DNA of 45,995 nucleotides. Origin: a virus (Duplodnaviria > Caudoviricetes). Numbering within the stretch: the first letter of the stretch is position 1; each line of letters starts with the position of its first letter. Below are positions 42,824-45,995 of the stretch, in pieces. Made by a program: the position numbers and the translations under genes. The notes beneath the pieces are model-generated. The model worked only from the letters and a program-made list of their open reading frames with translations, was not told the DNA's origin and ran no database searches. The stretch is from positions 1-45,995 of the IMG/VR virus record IMGVR_UViG_3300048995_000005; one strand, 5' to 3'.

Positions 42824-43723
42824 ATGACCTTGCCGCGCAAGATCGAAGCAGACGAGGAACTGGTTCCAGCCAATGATCCGCACTCGCTCCCTAGCGAGTC
42901 GGGGGTCTACCCCGTCACAGCCGAGATGGCCAGTTCCTGGCTCTCGTACCGCAACCATCCGCGGAATCGCCCCCTCAGCCCGTCCGTCTCCGCCCGCTAC
43001 CAGGCGGACATGGAAGGCGGCCGGTGGCGCGAGGGGACCCCCGAGGGCCTGATCTTCGACACCGAGGGCTGGATCGTCTCCGGCCAGCACCGCATGAGGG
43101 CGCAGGCCAACTCCGGGATGACGCTCAGCTGGTGGGTCTTCGTGGACGAGCCCCGCGAGATCTTCGACCACATCGATCAGGGCTTTCGCCGTACCGCGGC
43201 GCACCTGATCCGCGACAAGTACGCCTCGCAGACCGCGGCCGGCGCCCGCCACCTGGCGGCCCTGGCCGACGGGGACCGCTGGGGGATGCCCCGTTACGGG
43301 CGTATCACGACGCCCGAGACGATCGAGGCCTACCACGCCTGGCCGGAGCTGACCTGGTACCTCAAGGACGTGGTGGGCGCGCACTTCGATGCCGGAATAC
43401 CGGCCCCGGCACATCTCGCCGTGATCGCACAGGCGGCCCGCACGGAGCACCGGGACCTGATCCCGGCGTGGCTGGAGGGCGTGAGGACGGGCTACAGCCT
43501 GGACCGCGGTGACCCGCGGGTTCATTTGCGGAATCGGTTCCGCAACGGCTTCGCCACCACCGGCCAGGGCATCAAGCGCGACGTGATGTACGCGCTGATC
43601 GTCAAGGCGTGGAACGCCTACGTGCGAGGCGAGAGCGTGACCGTCCTGGTCTGGCGGAGCGTCGAAGAACTGCCCAGAGTCGAAGGCTCCGGCTTCGAGA
43701 ACATCAAGGAGATTGCGGCGTGA
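42824..43723 (+). CDS. ParB/Srx-like (xGQHR) domain protein
   Basis: VTAEMA..NRPLS..YQADM..GRW..IVSGQHRM. Confidence 0.7.
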   Translation: MTLPRKIEADEELVPANDPHSLPSESGVYPVTAEMASSWLSYRNHPRNRPLSPSVSARYQADMEGGRWREGTPEGLIFDTEGWIVSGQHRMRAQANSGMTLSWWVFVDEPREIFDHIDQGFRRTAAHLIRDKYASQTAAGARHLAALADGDRWGMPRYGRITTPETIEAYHAWPELTWYLKDVVGAHFDAGIPAPAHLAVIAQAARTEHRDLIPAWLEGVRTGYSLDRGDPRVHLRNRFRNGFATTGQGIKRDVMYALIVKAWNAYVRGESVTVLVWRSVEELPRVEGSGFENIKEIAA

Positions 43724-43971
43724 GTACGCCCACGAAGATCACCACCCGCCGGCTGCGTCAGCTTCAGCAGGTGGCCGACAGGCTCACCGACGCCCGGGAG
43801 AAGGCCGACGAAGACATCCTCGTCTTCATCCACGAGGCGAAGGCCGAGGGGCTGAGCAACGCCGCGGTGGCGGGCATGTTCCGCGTGCACGCCACGGGCG
43901 TCCCGGCCAAGGCCGAGAAGGGCGCCGAGATCCTCGCCGAGAGGAAGGGCCGAAGGAAGGGCGACGGGTGA
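43720..43971 (+). CDS. Small HTH-like protein
   Basis: IHEAKAEGLSNAAVAGMFRV. Confidence 0.6.
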   Translation: MSTPTKITTRRLRQLQQVADRLTDAREKADEDILVFIHEAKAEGLSNAAVAGMFRVHATGVPAKAEKGAEILAERKGRRKGDG

Positions 43972-44174
43972 CCGTCTATCCCGGCACGCCGGTCCTGCTG
44001 GCGCCCCCGAGAGGGCGGGGGCTGCCCAGCTACGCCATGGTGGTACGGACGCTGACCCCACACACCGTTCGAGTGGTCATCACCGCCGACAGTGGAGGGC
44101 GCCGCAAAGGCGCCCTCTGCGTCATGCCACGGGCTGCGCTTCAGCGGCGCGCCTGTGGCCGCCATCGCAGAGAG

Positions 44175-44209
44175 AGACCAAGGCGTCGCAGGTGGTGTCT
44201 GGTTTTTTT
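44175..44209 (+). terminator. GU-rich stem with a T7 run, probable terminator
   Basis: ACCAAGGCGTCGC..GTGGTGTCTGG-TTTTTTT. Confidence 0.5.
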
Positions 44210-44359
44210 GCTATTTGGCAATTCCTGATCCGCATCAGTTCGGCATGCCGCCTATTGGGCTAGGTTTCCAGCAACGCGTTCCACTGGGGCTCACGTACGG
44301 ACCACGCTTCAGGGCACGCGCTGCTGCTGCTGCCAAATACGCCGACAAGGGGACCCCAC

Positions 44360-44659
44360 ATGCCGCCCAAGAAACGAGTCGACTTGCCAGACCATGTCAG
44401 AGCCGCGGTGCTGGCCGATGTAGGGGTGTCCTACGAGCAGTCGGTCAGCGCAGACGAAGCCGCCAAGATCCGCATCTTCCTCGCCACGGAGCAGGGCCTG
44501 ACCACAGGCGAGATCGCTGAGCAGCTGAACGTCTCACAGCAGAGCGTGAGCCGGTACAGCCGTGAAGGGAAGGAGGCCCTTGCCCGACGTGAACAAACGC
44601 GAGGTCAACACGCTGGTGAAGATCCTCTCAGACCCGGAGAACGAGAACCGGTCGGCTGA
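44360..44659 (+). CDS. HTH DNA-binding protein (candidate repressor)
   Basis: QGLTTGEIAEQLNVSQQSVSRY; first gene of the unit leading to int. Confidence 0.7.
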   Translation: MPPKKRVDLPDHVRAAVLADVGVSYEQSVSADEAAKIRIFLATEQGLTTGEIAEQLNVSQQSVSRYSREGKEALARREQTRGQHAGEDPLRPGEREPVG

Positions 44660-45212
44660 GGAGGTCGCCGAACTCGCCCTCGCTGCACTGACGGACTACG
44701 TCAAGCAGATCCGGGCGGACGAGGTCGACCGGATCGCACGACAGGTCGTCGAATCCATCGAAGGAGAGAAGGCCGGGGGCATCCCCGCCCGCATCGCCGA
44801 TGCGATCGACGACATGAGATCCACAACCCATCGCCTGGCCGTCGTCGGCCAGATCAAGTACGGGCCCCAGGGAGCGACTCACACGGTCGTCCTGGGGCCT
44901 TTCCGTGCCCGGGGCATCCTGGACACCCAGGAGAAGTTCCAGGCCGCCATACAGGGCGGCACAGCCGCCCGCGAAGCGGGCCAGCACCTGGCCTGGGACA
45001 CCAAGACAGGGACCGGATCAGGCCGATTCCTGCTCGCCCCGGCATTCCGCAGTCCGCGGGACGCCTGGGACTTCTTCCGGCCCCCCAGGGACGAGGCCGG
45101 CCAGCCCATGAACCTCCTGCTCCCGCCGCCCCGGCACATCGCCGAGTCGGTAGCCGGCTGGAAGGCCGGGCTATGGGCCGAGGAGAACCACCAAGGCCGC
45201 CCAGCGGCGTGA
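44580..45212 (+). CDS. Hypothetical protein (start uncertain)
   Basis: AGGAGG RBS; coding bias. Confidence 0.7.
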   Translation: MPDVNKREVNTLVKILSDPENENRSAEEVAELALAALTDYVKQIRADEVDRIARQVVESIEGEKAGGIPARIADAIDDMRSTTHRLAVVGQIKYGPQGATHTVVLGPFRARGILDTQEKFQAAIQGGTAAREAGQHLAWDTKTGTGSGRFLLAPAFRSPRDAWDFFRPPRDEAGQPMNLLLPPPRHIAESVAGWKAGLWAEENHQGRPAA

Positions 45213-45248
45213 CACCCCGCCCTTGAGGGGCGGGAGAGAGGCCACCCC

Positions 45249-45431
45249 ATGCAGGACGGCAAGGCCATACCGGCTGACGGGGCCGGTGAGTGGCTGAGGA
45301 ACCACGTCGCGGGCGGCTCGGAGCCCGAGATCACCATCGAGTGGACAGAGCGCCACGAGCGGGACGATGCGGGATTCGCACGCTTTCTCGCCGCGCTGTT
45401 CACGCCCCTGCCTGACAGTCCCAAGCCATAG
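45249..45431 (+). CDS. Small protein upstream of int (possible directionality factor)
   Basis: RBS and position only. Confidence 0.55.
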   Translation: MQDGKAIPADGAGEWLRNHVAGGSEPEITIEWTERHERDDAGFARFLAALFTPLPDSPKP

Positions 45432-45503
45432 GATGCCCGCCACGTGGGTGACCCCGGCGACGCTGCGAACGTCCCGGGGTCTGGCCAGTCGGGAAGGACT
45501 GAC

Positions 45504-45995
45504 ATGACGCAGGCTCTCATGAGCAGCATCGCCGTAGCTCAGCGGACTATCGCGGGCCAGCTCCGCGCCGTTGACTACCTCCGGGTGAGCACCGAGGAGC
45601 AGACGCGCGGCTACGGCATCGCATATACCGGCAAGAAGACCGCGGCTCACATCGGCCGCAAGGGATGGGCGCACGTCGGCACCTTCAAGGATGAGGGCGA
45701 GTCCGGAACGCTCCCCTGGCAGGAGCGCCCCGACGCCAAGAGGCTGATGGCTCTCGCTCGGCAGGACCCCCGCCCGTTCGACCTGGTCACGGTCCACGAG
45801 ACCCGGGCGCTCGGGCGCGAAGAGCGCGCGTTCTACCGGTGGTACTGGGAGCTGGAAGACCTCGGCATCTTCGTTGCCGTGGTGGACGAGGACATCGACA
45901 CCACCACCGAAGAGGGCAAGGCCCGCATGCGGGACAAGGCCAACGAGGCCTTCAAGGAACTCATCAAGATCCGCAAGCGCACTCAGGACGGCCTT
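45504..45995 (+). CDS. int: Serine integrase N-terminal catalytic domain (continues at 135)
   Basis: MTQALMSS..RAVDYLRVSTEEQ..DEGESG..RP..FDLV..RALGR; GGAAGG RBS. Confidence 0.93.
   Translation, partial: MTQALMSSIAVAQRTIAGQLRAVDYLRVSTEEQTRGYGIAYTGKKTAAHIGRKGWAHVGTFKDEGESGTLPWQERPDAKRLMALARQDPRPFDLVTVHETRALGREERAFYRWYWELEDLGIFVAVVDEDIDTTTEEGKARMRDKANEAFKELIKIRKRTQDGL
45862..45995. repeat. Terminal direct repeat, right copy
   Basis: Matches 1-134 with one mismatch. Confidence 0.95.

Noticed and set aside
45862-45995. End repeat as attL/attR or a virion terminal repeat
   Set aside because: It lies in the middle of the integrase gene, and serine integrases leave only very short cores; circular overlap is the simpler explanation

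Overview
The window is an apparently complete, circularly permuted genome of a temperate, GC-rich actinobacterial phage, most likely infecting Streptomyces (WhiB, DUF397/DUF5753 and amidase types point that way). The unit length is about 45,861 bp: 1-134 repeats at 45862-45995, inside the integrase gene. The + strand carries early/accessory genes (36.9-45.4 kb), a large serine integrase that wraps the ends and carries an IS5-like DUF4096 domain, and a replication/recombination block (1.7-11.5 kb: WhiB, Cas4/RecB-like nuclease, C5 methylase, DnaB-like helicase, resolvase, split primase, Endo VII). I recognised no DNA polymerase. The - strand carries a podovirus-type morphogenesis block (35.3 to 11.6 kb: HTH-fused terminase, Acb2/Tad1-like protein, amidase, portal, probable ejection proteins with NlpC/P60 and transglycosylase heads, scaffold, capsid, tail, holin). 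The most unusual content is non-coding. It includes a family of structurally conserved, covarying RNA leader modules in front of early genes, two tRNA-like RNAs with non-canonical arms, an ~850 bp hairpin array and a shared late-promoter motif. An HTH-less DUF5753 + DUF397 pair is also notable. All family assignments come from motif recognition by eye; no database searches or folding programs were run.
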